Positions 1 through 12,660 of a DNA stretch of 64,000 bases are shown one piece after another. The stretch's first letter is position 1. Every line of letters begins with the position of its first letter. The translations under genes and the position numbers were made by a program. The notes below the pieces were generated by a model that saw only the letters and a list, made by a program, of their open reading frames with translations, searched no databases and was not told the DNA's origin. The stretch lies in NCBI RefSeq assembly GCF_032191835.1, contig NC_083223.1, positions 114,080,001 through 114,144,000 on the forward strand, read 5' to 3'. The stretch comes from Heteronotia binoei (Eukaryota).

Positions 1-368
1 CGGAGCAGGCGCTCTGACCTTCTTGGCTGCTGTGCATTGAGTGGGGCCAGGGCTGCTGGAGAGCTGCTATTTACCCTTCCAGGAAGCCCCACCAAACAAT
101 GGGCACATCCACAAACCAATTGCCCTTTCATCACACCCCCTCCAGCCTAGAAATAGCAGCTCTCCAGCAGCCCTGGCCCCACTCAATGCACAGCAGCCAA
201 GAAGGTCAGAGCGCCTGCTCCGGATGCAACGCCACTGAGGATGTTCTCCGTAGCTGAGAACGAAACGTCTGGAAGGAAAACTTTCTCCAGTAGAACACGG
301 CACTTGATCCCGAAAGATTCTACAAACCCTAATGATGTTACCAGCCGTGAAAACCTGAAATCTTTGAT
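1..368 (+). mobile_element. Penelope-like element terminal repeat (pLTR) with an inverted partial copy
   Basis: Contains a hammerhead core at 232-272 and ends in a Penelope-type motif (CCAGCCGTGAAAACC). Bases 1-72 are the exact reverse complement of 151-222. Confidence 0.7.
232..272 (+). ncRNA. Minimal type I hammerhead ribozyme
   Basis: Layout: CCA(232-234), CTGAGGA(235-241), extra T, GTTCTC(243-248), 7-nt loop, GAGAAC(256-261), GAAA(262-265), CGTC, TGG(270-272). Stems I and II pair perfectly; stem III is reduced to the palindrome ACGT; predicted cleavage after C269. Confidence 0.75.
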
Positions 369-2859
369 ATCTTCAAGTTGTCTCTGAAAATTGTCCATTT
401 TTGTACTCAGGCCTGCCACCTGATCTGTTAGCTGTACTAAGCAGATTGCACTTGATTCAAGGCAACATTGAGGGGTTGCTAAATTTTAAGGGGTTAATTT
501 GCAATCAAAGTTCCAATTTATTTAGTTTGGCCGAGGGATGGGGAGGAACTGGGACTGGGTATCACTTTATTCTTGGGTTTCTCCCCTTTCTTATTCATTT
601 TTAACTATCAACAGACCCAACCTTATCATTGCAATACAGAACAAATCCCCACAATTAAGGAGAAAAAAAGTTAAATAAACTTTATTAAATTCTTCGCCTT
701 TTCACTTCTCTAGAATAATCATCAAACACTTTATACATAAATCCACTTAATTTTAAATATAATGGCATAGCAGTTATCTACCAATCCTTTACCTCTAAAA
801 GCAAGTCTATTTACCAAACAGTAACACCAGTACAATAAGAAGCTTCTCTTATCTCCCCCTCTGTCTGGTAGACTAAAGAGCATTCAGTAACAATGACAGA
901 GTCACTCAGCTTCTTAGTGCCCCAGGCTAAGCATAGATATTCAAACCTTGTCTTTTGTTCTCAACTGCTGCTTTCTTTCACAGAAGTGAAGCACAGATCC
1001 CTGTGATTTTTAACAGCAATGTCCATTTATCAACTTTAAATTTATAGAAGTTCTCCAAGCAATCTTAAAAGCTGTGGGGAAAGTTAAAGTTAAAAAGTTT
1101 ACCGGAAATAAAGCAGTCTCACAGGCTTCTTTTACAAACTGCAAATAAATCAGTCAGAATCTTAAGTCAATATAATTTTAGTAATCCGTTTGGTATATAA
1201 ATCTGCAGGAAATCCAAACTTTTCAGAAGGGGGTGGGCTGCAAAATGCCAAGACCTCCCCCCTCCCCTTTGTTATTTCACCAAGGCTTAAATGATCCTTC
1301 TATTATCTGCTCGCACCTCCACAGTTAATCCAAGCACAGTATTCACAGACATCAAAGCAGCACCAAGCAAGTAGGCATCATGAAGAAGTTCAAAGCCGGG
1401 CAATCACGGCTAAAAGCCAAAGGCATCTGAGTGATAAGGACTTGAGGTTTTGTGAGCTCTGGATCCTGGTCGCCTTGAACCAGGGCTCACGCAATGCACC
1501 TCTCCATTACAGAAGTCCCCATCTCTGGGTTCTTCTTTGGCTCCAAACATTTGGAGCCAAATTTGGTCACTCAGAACAGACAGTCCTGGGAAGTCCCTCG
1601 GGCCATGTCTGTCCCTGTCGTGTAATAATCCGGAAGCCAGCAGTACCAGGGAAAGTTTTGTATATTTGACCATGCATACTCTTGCAACAAAGGTATTCAC
1701 ACAAGTGTCCTCTTTACTCTTGGTGCTTTTAAGGATATGCCTGTGAATATGCTCCTGGTATGAGACTGACAGGTGGTGCTCCTCATTACAGGGAGGGTGG
1801 GATATAAATCTAATAATAAAATAAATATTAAAAGCTGTGAAATACAAGAAACTCAGGGAAGGAGAGTGCATGTGCTATATATATAATAGCTTCTGCAAGA
1901 TTCTACCCTGCCAAGGGGCAGATATGGAATGTTTGGGTGCAATGGAATTGAAGTAGAAGGAAACTCGAGGAAAGGAGGTTTCTGTTGGGTTTTGGGGCAA
2001 ATTTTTGTGTGTATGAACGGGGGTGGGGAGTGAAATCAAGCAGCAGCAGACTGGAATCCTCAGATCTGACATGAAGAAAGAACACGAAAAGTCATACAGC
2101 TTCTTTGGCAAACATTTGAGAAAGAGGCATGGCTCTGTCAGCTGGTAGTAAGTCAACTGGTAATGCAGTGAGACTTTTCTCTTAGGCACTCCAGTGATAC
2201 ATACATTGTAAGCCAAATCACTATAGATGAGACAGGAGAAAAGGGAAGGTGTTGAAACCAGGGTTTGTTTAGGTAAACAAGGTCTGAGTAATTGTTTGCA
2301 AACTGAAAGTTTGACAATGTAACGATAGTTAAAATAAATCATTGTTTTGTGTGACCAAGCCCTTTTCTGTTGTTTGCCCTGCACTAAGCCAGGCTTAGGC
2401 CCTTTCTGCACTAGCTGTTTAATCCTTTCTTTGTGCACATTCCAAAGTGAACTTCTACTTAACCTGCTGCCTTCAGTTCTGTCTTGCCTCATGGTTTCTT
2501 CTAGCTTCTGAATTTGTTTCATGTGAATGTGTACCAATACTGCTTCCACTCTGCTGTTGCCCTGTGGTTCTCAAAACTGGTTTTGGTCTGGACTTTATCC
2601 ATATCCAGATTGAAGTCTTAGTTGTAGAACTTTTCCTTCAGGTTTTCAAACGCCTCCCCAAAGTTTCATCCTACTTTTCATTGTTGTCTTTTCGCCCTTC
2701 CACCTCCTGTTGATTATTTTCTCCAGCGTTCCATAGTTTTCTTTATTTGAGAATTGCTTTCTGACTCGTTTTTACTATTTTTGCATTGCAAACTTTTTTT
2801 TAGACAAAATTATATGCTTTCACTTTATTGTTTGGAGTGGAACCTCAAGGCATTATTGA

Positions 2860-3185
2860 GAGCAATGTAGCTAGCACTCCCTCTCCAACTCTCATTCACA
2901 CACACATTTTTTCCTGATGGCACTGGCTGGCATACCAATTTCTGATGGGAAAAAGTATTTACGTGGGTTCCCTCCTGCTACCACTCTCTCAGTTATTCAC
3001 ACACACATGCATCTTCTCCAGATGGTGCTGGCTGGCATACCAATTTCTGATGGGAAAAAGGACTCCTGTGAGCTCCTTCCGCTACCAGTTTCACACTCAT
3101 TCACACGCACCCATCTTCTCCTGACAGCATTGGCTGACTGGCTACATGCTTTGGGAAAAAGGACTCTTGCGGGCTCCCCCACATA
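2860..3185. repeat. Imperfect minisatellite, ~105-bp unit, about 3 copies
   Basis: CTGGCTGGCATACCAATTTCTGATGGGAAAAAG recurs at ~2924 and ~3028. A more diverged copy follows at ~3122 and a partial copy precedes. Confidence 0.7.
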
Positions 3186-4074
3186 CTTTCACAATCCCAG
3201 AAACACATTAAACAACACTAATACAGAAGTAAGAATCCACAGGTAAAACTGTTTCCTGTGTAAAGTGTGAAGCTATATTTTAAATGCAGAACCAATTTAG
3301 GTGATGCGGATCTGTAGCAGACGGATTGAGTGCTCACGAAATCTGGAGCAGAATTTAATGAAGAAAGAGCCTTAGATCTTGATTTGTCAGGAGAAAGATG
3401 GACTTATAAAGATTTTAAATAAAATGCAGATAACTATCCTGCTCAGTAATGGTATGTGGATGACCAGAACATTTCAGTTCATATAAAAACATCTTATGAT
3501 TTCCAATTCCTATGACTTTTAAACAGAATCTCTTTTGCCACAAATCAGAATAGAAACATGGATTTTGTTCATATTGCATGGTTTCTTACACGCAGAAACA
3601 GTTTAGTTAAAACCAATTGTGTGGTGCTGTACAAACTTGCATTCCTTGTATTCAATTTTTGGATGGCTGCCTTAGAAGGTGAAGCTTTTCTTCTGATTAG
3701 TGGAGATGGCTTCCTTCTCTTCTGTTATGTTTCTGCCCAGCTTTTCAAAAGGATATTTTCACTCTTCACTCAGACAGATTGCCCTCCAGTGAGCTATTGT
3801 GTAGTGTGTGAGTGGGTGACAGTCCTTCTGTATAGCTTTGCACACAGAACCACACAAAAGGGACAGCTGCTTTCTAAAAGGGACAGCTTTCCCGGACTCC
3901 TCATATGTGTGTCAAATAAGACTTTAACCAATCACAGCCTTAGTTTTTGGATCCCAAAAGTCTGCCAAGCCCAGCTTGGCCAACTGAAATGTGTTAATGT
4001 ATCAAAGAAATGCCAAGCGTTCATTCCTGACTTTAAAACCAACATTCCCCAGCCTGGGGGATTCCTCAAATGTG

Positions 4075-4200
4075 ATTCCTTGCTGCTAGGCAGGAGACTC
4101 AAGGCCAGGACCTCCAAGGTGGCTTCTCAGAAGTGTTACCTGTTCCACACACAGGGCCAAAGAGACAGGCACGAAGGAGTCTCAATGCATAGAGTTGAGA
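4075..4200 (+). mobile_element. Short CR1 ORF1 fragment
   Basis: Translates to LLGRRLKARTSKVA, matching LLGGRLKARTSKVAFSEV in ORF1 of the CR1 at 18083-18517. Confidence 0.65.
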
Positions 4201-4844
4201 TTTTTTTTTCTTTTGTTTGCTAATAATATTCTATAGTATTGTTGGCCTGTGCAATTCTGTTTGGCATATACATGTGGAAATGGAACAGCAGAGTATAAAT
4301 TACATGTTTTCATATTTGGCCAATATTCCGGCTAATGAAATGAATGAATATTGCTCTTATTTGGACAAACATAGAACTATACAGAGCAGTAACTACTCCC
4401 ACCTCAGCTTTCAAGACAGGTATTTTTGAAATAAATGACTTGCCAGGGCAGAGATGGGCAAGCAGCAGTATACAGAGCAGTGGTGGTGACCCAAGTATTT
4501 AACTTGAACTTTCCATTGAAAATTAGAGAGTGTCACAATTACAGATTGATGAAACTAATGCAAATGAAATAAGTTCATCTATACTGATAAACTTGTTATA
4601 TACAGCATAATACTTTGAGGATGTTTTTGCATATATTCAATAAAATTGATGTCCCTGAATATAACTTCACCTAAATCCATAATTATGCTTTGACAAATTA
4701 GGTGTCCAGCATTCCCAAAATCAGTGGACCTTCACGCACTAACTGGAAGGAAACTTATCAAAGCTTTACCTCCATCATACATTTGCCATGTGGCCATGAG
4801 CTTCCTGAACAATGCTTTTAATTATAAAGAACTTGATTACAACA

Positions 4845-6421
4845 GAAAACAATAGGACATCTACATTTTATTTAAAAAACCCTTTAATTCACTCTTACTT
4901 TACATGTGTATTTATAAGCACCTTGTCATTTACTCTTGATCATAAAAATCAATAGAATAAAGGAATGAATGATTTTCATTAGCAAAATAGGTTCAGGTGT
5001 ATGAATGTGAATACAAAGAGTAGAATAAAAACACTGAAATTTTATATACCTACAGCTTGACTCTGTTCAGTTGTTGCTTTGTCAGAGGACAAGGTTCCCA
5101 TCACTTCAACCCTAAACTACTATTTTGTGAATGGGAAGAAAACGTTCATATGCAGCTAAAAGTTTCAGAAATTTTCACTGCAGTTGAACAATCTTCAAGC
5201 AGCAAAGGGACTTGCTTGTAAAATCTTCCAAATGTCTCTAAATGTAGGCATGGGAGAAGGCTCCATTCACTTCTTTGCCATCAGTGCTAAGACTGCAGCT
5301 TCAGTCCGTCCATCAATGGTAAAAGAATGGTGTTGGTTTACTTCCATTTTTTTCCCTAACAAACATCGCTTGCTTTTTTTTAATCCTGTGCTTCAAAGCA
5401 TTTCTTTTTAACCATTTGTTCCCTTAAAAATTATAATGAGATTATTTCCCACATTGTGCAAGTCAAAAGCAAGGCCATAAGCAAGGCAGTTTCCATTTGA
5501 TCTATATTATTAAAAACTATAAATTTTGAGAAAGAGGTTTCAATTTTGGTCCTATATAGACCTTCAATAACCAAGCTGTTGACATGAATTTAATTCACAA
5601 ACATGTAAACACACACAAAAGACCACTATACCAATGTTTCCTGGTCTACCCATAAAAAGGCTCTTTCTACTTACACAAAAACATACAAAAAATAATCTAC
5701 AAAATTCATTTACACTTGATTTCAGCAAAAAAAAAAAAAAAAAGCTTTCCAAGAGGGAAAAATGTTTTTGTTCAGCCATCATAGAAGGAATGTCAGTAAA
5801 TAAATACAATGTGCTTTTTTTCATATAGACATATTTACACGAGTCTTTGGCTTATGCTTAGATTTCTTTATAAAGAACTCTGTGATCAGGCCATCATTGC
5901 ACATTAAAATAAAATAAGCCAGTTATCTATCATACATCTCTCTCTCTACATATATATATATGTAGATATATATGTAGATATATATATATTTCTTGCAACA
6001 TGTGGAACTTACAGAGAATATCAATCTGCACAGTTTTGTTTTACTTTGAACCGTTTATCAAATTAAGAACAAAGAGAAATAAAATGTCATATAGAAATAG
6101 GTACATGCAACAGATGGTGACTCTAGTGTAACTGAGAGACAGCTGAATATACAAACACTGAAAAGTCCTGCCTAGAACAACAGATATGATCTGCCTCAGC
6201 TCCTTATTTATGTGGCACTGAATCTTCATACTGCATGGAAACAAATAGTCCTCTTTTTCATTATTAAGGTACACCATTTATTAAGAAAAATACTTCTGCA
6301 TTGAAAAATTAAGTCTTCCCTTCACTAAAATCTTTCTTCACAGGTTCAACAGCCGATGCCAAAATACAGTTTTTTGAGTTTCATATTATTTGGTTCACAT
6401 AGTTGCATCTCTCCTTTCACA
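4845..6421 (-). other. PTPRK: PTPRK 3' UTR (approximate end)
   Basis: Follows the TAA at 6422-6424. Minus-strand AATAAA at 4867-4872 is followed by a GT/T-rich tract (TTGTTTTCTGTTGT). The 3' end is inferred. Confidence 0.6.
4867..4872 (-). promoter_or_regulatory. Distal polyadenylation signal AATAAA
   Basis: Canonical hexamer about 1.55 kb after the stop, with a GT-rich downstream element. Confidence 0.55.
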
Positions 6422-6475
6422 TTAAGACGATTCAAGGTACTCCAAAGCGACATCATAGCAGAAACGATATTGCTC
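6422..6475 (-). CDS. PTPRK: PTPRK terminal coding exon (EQYRFCYDVALEYLESS*)
   Basis: TAG acceptor at 6476-6478; 18 codons matching the PTPRK C-terminus as I recall it. Confidence 0.95.
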   Translation of the reverse strand, partial: EQYRFCYDVALEYLESS

Positions 6476-8002
6476 CTAGGAGGGTAAAAATTAGACACTC
6501 ATTACATTTTAAAGTATGTTCTTTTTTATTTTAAAAAATGGGTCACTGGTAAATTTGCATTAAAATTTATTTCTCTGCTGTCCTATTTCAGCTATGTGTG
6601 ATTTTTGGTAATTCTTAGGCATTTACTGCTAGCCATGGGCTTGAGATCTAATCATACTGTAAGACAGCTAGCCACAGAAATAATAAATGTATTGGCTTCC
6701 TTATGATTTGTTGTTCGGTTACACCAGTTAGGAAACACAGCTTTTATTATCACTGGAGAATATATCCTCTGGAAAAAGACAACATATTTTACACAGTCAA
6801 ACAGTATTTAGCACTTAGCACTGACATCTTAATACTACAGCAAGGTGCTAATCTGAATGAAATGTACAGCTAACTTTGGCAACTGGGAAAAAACCCTTAA
6901 TGTCAAAGAGACAGAAATTTGAATTTCAATGAGCTGGTAAGCAGGGATGTATAGCTTTGCAGCTTGATTATACAAAGATATGGATTCTAAAAGATGGGTT
7001 TTCCTCCAAGGGCTGCAGTCTGAGAGGAAAAGATAATCAGATCCTTTCTAAGATGAGTGATAAGATACTGTTTCTCTTTAATTCTATTCTGAAAAAAGAG
7101 GATAAAATCCACTATCCCTCATAATCATTGCCTAGAAACTATGAACTGCTAGCAGGAAGTAGGGAAAATGTTCTGAAAGGTTTTTCTGTTCTATTCAGTT
7201 GTTATCTGATACTCTTGGTGAATGTAGGGCAGGTGACAATGCTACACTAGTTTTCTTGGCTTGCTTCTTTACCCAGCTGAACAGCTGCTGTGTATGTGAT
7301 CAAGTCAGGACACCCAGATAATACATGACAGACACCAAAAACTCCCAACTCCATTCATTTAGCAACTGCAGACAAAAATTTCAGTGGAATAACTATACCC
7401 CCCGCCCCCACTATATCAACCCTTAATCTTGGAAACCCCTACACCAGGGTGGCCAAACTTGTTTAACACAAGAGCCATATAGAATAAACATCAGCTGTTT
7501 GAGAGCCACAAGACAAAAAATAATGCACACATGTCTTTATTAAAACTCTTAATACTTTTTTTGGACAGGAAGATAAAATACATATGTATGCACTTTACAC
7601 CACGACCAGTTTAGAAGGAGACTTAAAAAAAAAACCCAAACAAATGCTGGGTGTTATGACTACCATAGCGAAAGGTTAGGGAATTATTTTTTGGCACCAG
7701 AGGGAGAAGGAAATACACACGTACATATAAATCACTGACCACCATTTGCATCATTACGCATCTCTCTTTGCCTTGACACAAAGGTTAATAAATATAGTTC
7801 CTATAAGAGCTAAGAAACTAAGGGGAACCTTGCACTTCTCTCTTTACTTCCATCCCTCCTTCCAGTGGCTCACTAAACTCTTGTACTCTCTTTCCCTGCT
7901 CTAGATCTCCAGGCAACCTCTGTGGTGGTTGAGAAGAGCTTGCAAGCCTGCCTATTTCCCCCTCCTTCCCTGCTTCACACATGGCAGATATAGTTGCTTA
8001 CC

Positions 8003-8186
8003 CAGGGCTTTTTTTTTTGTAGCAGGAATGCCTTTGCATATTAGCCCACACACCCCTGATATAGCCAATCCTCCAAGATTTTACAGTAGGCCCTGTACGA
8101 AGAGCCCTGTAAGCTCTTGGAGGATTGCTTAAATCAGGGGGTGTGGCCTAATATGCAAAGGAGTTTCTGCTACAAAAAAAGCCATG
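8003..8186. mobile_element. Non-autonomous hAT MITE
   Basis: Termini CAGGGCTTTTTTT and AAAAAAAGCCATG; internally palindromic; perfect 8-bp TSD TGCTTACC at 7995-8002 and 8187-8194. Confidence 0.85.
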
Positions 8187-8205
8187 TGCTTACCTATGGG
8201 TCAGT

Positions 8206-10862
8206 GAACATAAGAATATAAAAGAAGACATGTTGGATCAAGCCAATAGCCCATTCAGTCCAACACTCTGTGTCACACAGTGGCTACCCCCCCTCCCAAA
8301 AAAAACAGGCACCATCAGGAGGTCTATCAGGACACTAGAAACCCTCCCACTGTGCCCCCCCAAGCACCAAGAATACAGAGCATCATTGCCCCAGACGGAG
8401 AGTTCCAACAATACGCCGTGGCTAATAGCCACTGATGGACCTCTGCTCCATATTTTTATCCAGTCCCCTCTTGAAGCTGTCAATGCTTGCAGCCGCCACC
8501 ACCTCCTGTGGTAGTGAATTCCATGTGTTAATCACCCTTTGGATGAAGAAGTACTTCCTTCTATCAGTTCTAACCTGATTGCTCAGCAATTTCATTGAAT
8601 GTCCACAAGTTCTCGTATTGTGAGAAAGGGAAAAAGTACTAATTTCTCTACTTCTTTATCCTATGCATAATCTTGCAAACCTCTGTCATGTCACCCCTCA
8701 GTCAACATTTCTCCAAGCTAAAGAACTCCAAGCCTTTTAACCTTTCATAATGGAGAAAGTGTTCCAACCCTTTAATCAATCTAGTTGCCCTTTTCTGCAT
8801 TTTCCCCAAAGCTATAATAATTTTTTTGCGATGCGGTGACCAGAATTGTACACAGTATTCCAAATGAGGTCGCATCACTGATTTATACAGGAGCATTATG
8901 ATACTGGCTGATATGTTTTCAATTCCTTTCCTAATAATTCCCAGCATTATATTGGCCTTTTTTATTGCAGTCTCACACTGTCTCAACATTGTCAGTGAGT
9001 TATCTACCATGACCCCAAGATCTCTCTTTTGATCAGTCTCCGTCAGTTCACACCCCATCAACTTGAATTTATAGTTAGGATTTTGGGCCCCAATGTGCAT
9101 TACTTTACACTTGGTCATGTTGAACCTCATTTGCCATGTTGACGCCCACTCGCCCAGGCTTGACAGATCCCACTGGAGTGCCTCACAATCCTTTCTGGTT
9201 CTCACCACTCTGAACAATGTGGTGTCATCTGCAAACTTAGCCACCTCACTGCTTACTCCCAACTCCAAATAATTAATGAACAAGTTAAAAAGCATCGGAC
9301 CCAGTACTGAGCCCTGCAGTACACCACTGCTTACCACCCTCCACTCTGAAAATTGCCCATTTATACTCACTCTCTGTTTCCTATTAATCAGCCAGTTTTT
9401 GATCCACAAGAGGACTTTGGGGCTTACTAAAGAGTCTTTGATGAGAAACTTTATCAAAAGCTTTCTGGAAGTCAAGGTAAACAAGATCTATTGAGTCCCC
9501 TTTGTCCACATGTTCACCCCCTTGAAGAACTTTGTCCACATGTTCACCCCCTTGAAGAACTCTAATAGGTTAGTGAGACAAGATCTTCCCTTACAGAACC
9601 CATGCTGAGACTTCCTCAATAACTTTTGTTCATCTATGTGCCTACTAATTCTCTCTTTAATGATGGTTTCCACCAACTTTTCTGGTATTGAAGTCAAACT
9701 GACTGGCCTGTAATTTCCCAGATCTCCTCTGGAACCTTTTTTTAAAGATGGGGGTGGCATTTTCTATCTTCCAGTCCTCAGGAACGGAGGAAGATTTCAA
9801 TGAAAGATTATATAGTTTTTTCAGGAGATCCACAAGAGCTCTTGGATGTAAGCCATCCAGGGCTGGTGACATTAGTTTTTAAATCTGCTCTGAGCCTGTT
9901 ATGGGAAAGGGTGGAATATAACCCTACTAAATAAATAAATAATCTATCAGTCGTAGGACCTCCTCTCTCATCACCTCAATCTGACTCACGTCTTTCAACA
10001 CCCAAAATCAGTGGTTCTGGAGTGGGCAAACCCAACTTCCACAGTGAAGATGGAGGCAAAAAATGCATTCATCTTCTCAGTCATTTCCCTATTGTCCTTC
10101 AATAGCCCTTTTACCTCTTGGTCATCCAAGGGCCCCACTGCCTCCCTCACTGGTTTCCTGCTTCTAATGTATTTGAATAATTTTTTATTGTTGGTCTTTT
10201 TGTTTTTTGCAATATGCTCCTCATATTCCCTTTTTGCCTGCCTGATCGCAGACTTGCATTTGATTTGCCACAGTCTGTGATCCCTTTTATTAACCTCACT
10301 TGGACTAGCTTTCCATCGCTCAAAGGAATCCTTCTTACCTTTTATAGCTTCCATTTGTTTGTTAACCATGCAGGCTTTTTAAAATTCCTATTTGTGCCTT
10401 TCCTGACTTGTGGTATATATTTTATCTGAGCTTCTGGAATTGTAGTTGTAAATAGCCTCCAAGCTTCCTCAAGAGTTTTGACTCTATTTACCTTTCCTTT
10501 CAGTTTCCTCTTCACATGCCTCCTCATCTCAGAGAATTAACCTCTTTTAAAGTTAAAAGTGGTTATTTTGGTCTTTTTGGGCAACTCCCTATCTATACAA
10601 ATGGTGAAATCAACAACATTATGGTCACTGTTCTCAAGCGATGAAATCAGTTTTACATCTCTCACCAGGTCTTGGGCATTATAGGACGAAGTCCAGGATT
10701 GCTCCGTCCCACAGGTAGGTTCTGTAACTATCTGCTCCATTGCACAGTCACTGAGAGTGTCTAGAAACTCAATCTCTTTCTCCTGACTGAAACACATATT
10801 GACCCAATCAATGTGCAGGTAGTTAAAATCACCTATTATGACACCGTTTTCATGGTTAGCCA
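8206..10862 (-). mobile_element. Degenerate 5'-truncated CR1 LINE
   Basis: Frameshifted endonuclease and RT pieces (ORF track 10537-10863, 10342-10527, 9995-10369, 9488-9760, 8702-9484) closely resemble the intact ORF2 at 15087-18053. CR1 3' tail at ~8206; internal deletions; 30-bp tandem duplication at 9501-9560. Confidence 0.9.
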
Positions 10863-11312
10863 CTCAGAGTTAGCTCACAGGCTGACTGAGATCTTAACAT
10901 TAAGCACACTAACTTGTGAGTAAGCCTGCATTAAGTTCCTCCTTGTCTGGGAGTAGCACAATATGTGTGAAAGAGCCACACGTGTTTCCTGAGTTTGGCC
11001 ACCACAGTCCTACACAGTCACATTGGATTTTTAGATAAAAGGATTATTGCTAATAACACCATATATGTTCTGAGCCTCCAAAGGGTCTGTAATGAACACT
11101 GGTACAGAATCATAGTTCAGTTTGGCCTACTGGTAACTTGAATGAACCCTACAGGTGCCACAGAACTGTGTATGGAGTTTCATTAGCAACAATAAAAAAC
11201 AACAATAATAAGCAAGACAAGAATTACAGTCCCCCTCCTGAATTCTCCTCTGGTTTAGAATCTGCACATCCCTATTTGCCAATAAAATGACAATTTGGGT
11301 TATACCTAGGGG

Positions 11313-12660
11313 TTTTCAGTTTCAGTTTATTTGTTTATATCCTGCCCTTCCCATCGAAGTGGCTCAGGGCGGCTTACAACATATAAAATCTAACATAGAG
11401 TTTGGTTTTAAAATACATCAGTTTGCAACAATTTAAAACAATAAAATAGTAAAACATATAGAACAAACGATCTGCCAAAGTGCTACACTACAACCTTCCA
11501 TAAAGTTTCCAATGTCAATTAGTTATAGGCCAGCCAGAAGAGGGCTGTCTTACAGGCCCTGCGGAACTGCCCAAGGTCCCGCAGGGCTCTCACCTCTTCC
11601 GGCAGCTGGTTCCACCAGCAAGGAGCTATTACTGAAAAGGCCCTCTCCCTGGTGGATTTCCGACGGGCCTCCTTTGGCCCGGGGATTACAAGCAGATTAT
11701 GAGAGCTCGATCTCAGTACTCTCTGGGGATCATGTGGGGAGAGACGGTCCCTAAGGTAGGCAGGTCCTAGGCCATATAGGGCTTTAAAGGTAATAACCAG
11801 CACCTTGTACTGGACTCGGTATATTATTGGCAGCCAGTGCAGATCCCGGAGCCACGGCCGAATGTGCTCCCATCTTGGGAGCCCTAATAACAGCTGGGTG
11901 GCGGCATTCTGCACTAACTGCAACTTCTGGGTTCAGCACAGGGGCGGCCCCATGTAGAGGGCATTACAGTAGTCCAACCTCGAGGTGACCGTGGCATGAA
12001 TCACCGTTGCTAGATCATTGTGCTCCAGGAAAGGGGACAGCTGCCTCGCCCGCCTAAGATGAAAAAATGCGGACTTGGCAGTGGCTGCTATCCGAGTCTC
12101 CATTGTTAGGGAAGGCTCCAATAGTACCCCCAGACTCTTGACCTTGTGTGCCGCTGTCAGTGGTGCACCATCAAAAACTGGCAGGAGGATTTCCCCTCCC
12201 GGGCCACGACAACTCAAGCAAAGGACCTCTGTCTTCTCCGGATTCAGCTTCAATCCACTCAGCCTGAGCCACCTAGCCACGGCCTGTAATGCCCGGTCCA
12301 AATTTTCTGGGGCACAGGCAGGCCGGCTGTCCATAAGTAGATAGAGCTGGGTGTCATCAGCGTACTGATGACAACCCAACCCATACCTTTGGACAATCTG
12401 GGCAAGGGGGCGCATGTAGATGTTAAACAACATCGGGGAAAGCACCGCCCCTTGAAGCACTCTGCAATCAAGCGTGTGTCTCCAGGACAGTTCACCCCCA
12501 ATCACCACCCTTTGTTCCCGACCATCAAGGAAAGAGGAAAGCCATTGTAAGGCCCGCCCCTGAATCCCCACGTCGACAAGGCGGCAGGTCAGCAACCGAT
12601 GGTCGACCGTATCTAACGCTGCCGATAGGTCTAACAGCATCAGTACTGCCAAGCCGCCTC
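11313..12660 (-). mobile_element. L2-clade LINE, 3' part (RT C-terminus and 3' UTR)
   Basis: Motifs YADDTQLY, SRLDYCNALY and QLVQNAA...LHWLP. The two ORFs (11933-12652, 11519-11923) are in one frame, split by a single TGA. L2-type tail at ~11313-11390. Confidence 0.85.

Noticed and set aside
370-1400. Possible L1 ORF1/5' UTR remnant
   Set aside because: Only faint, stop-riddled similarity; too weak to list as a feature.
1410-2549. 153-aa and 224-aa minus-strand ORFs downstream of PTPRK (possible THEMIS or new gene)
   Set aside because: No recognisable domain or splice structure, and no match to THEMIS as I recall it. Probably chance ORFs or decayed repeat; BLASTx would settle it.
3558-4223. 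221-aa plus-strand ORF
   Set aside because: Composite of AT-rich sequence and a CR1 ORF1 fragment; no coherent protein.
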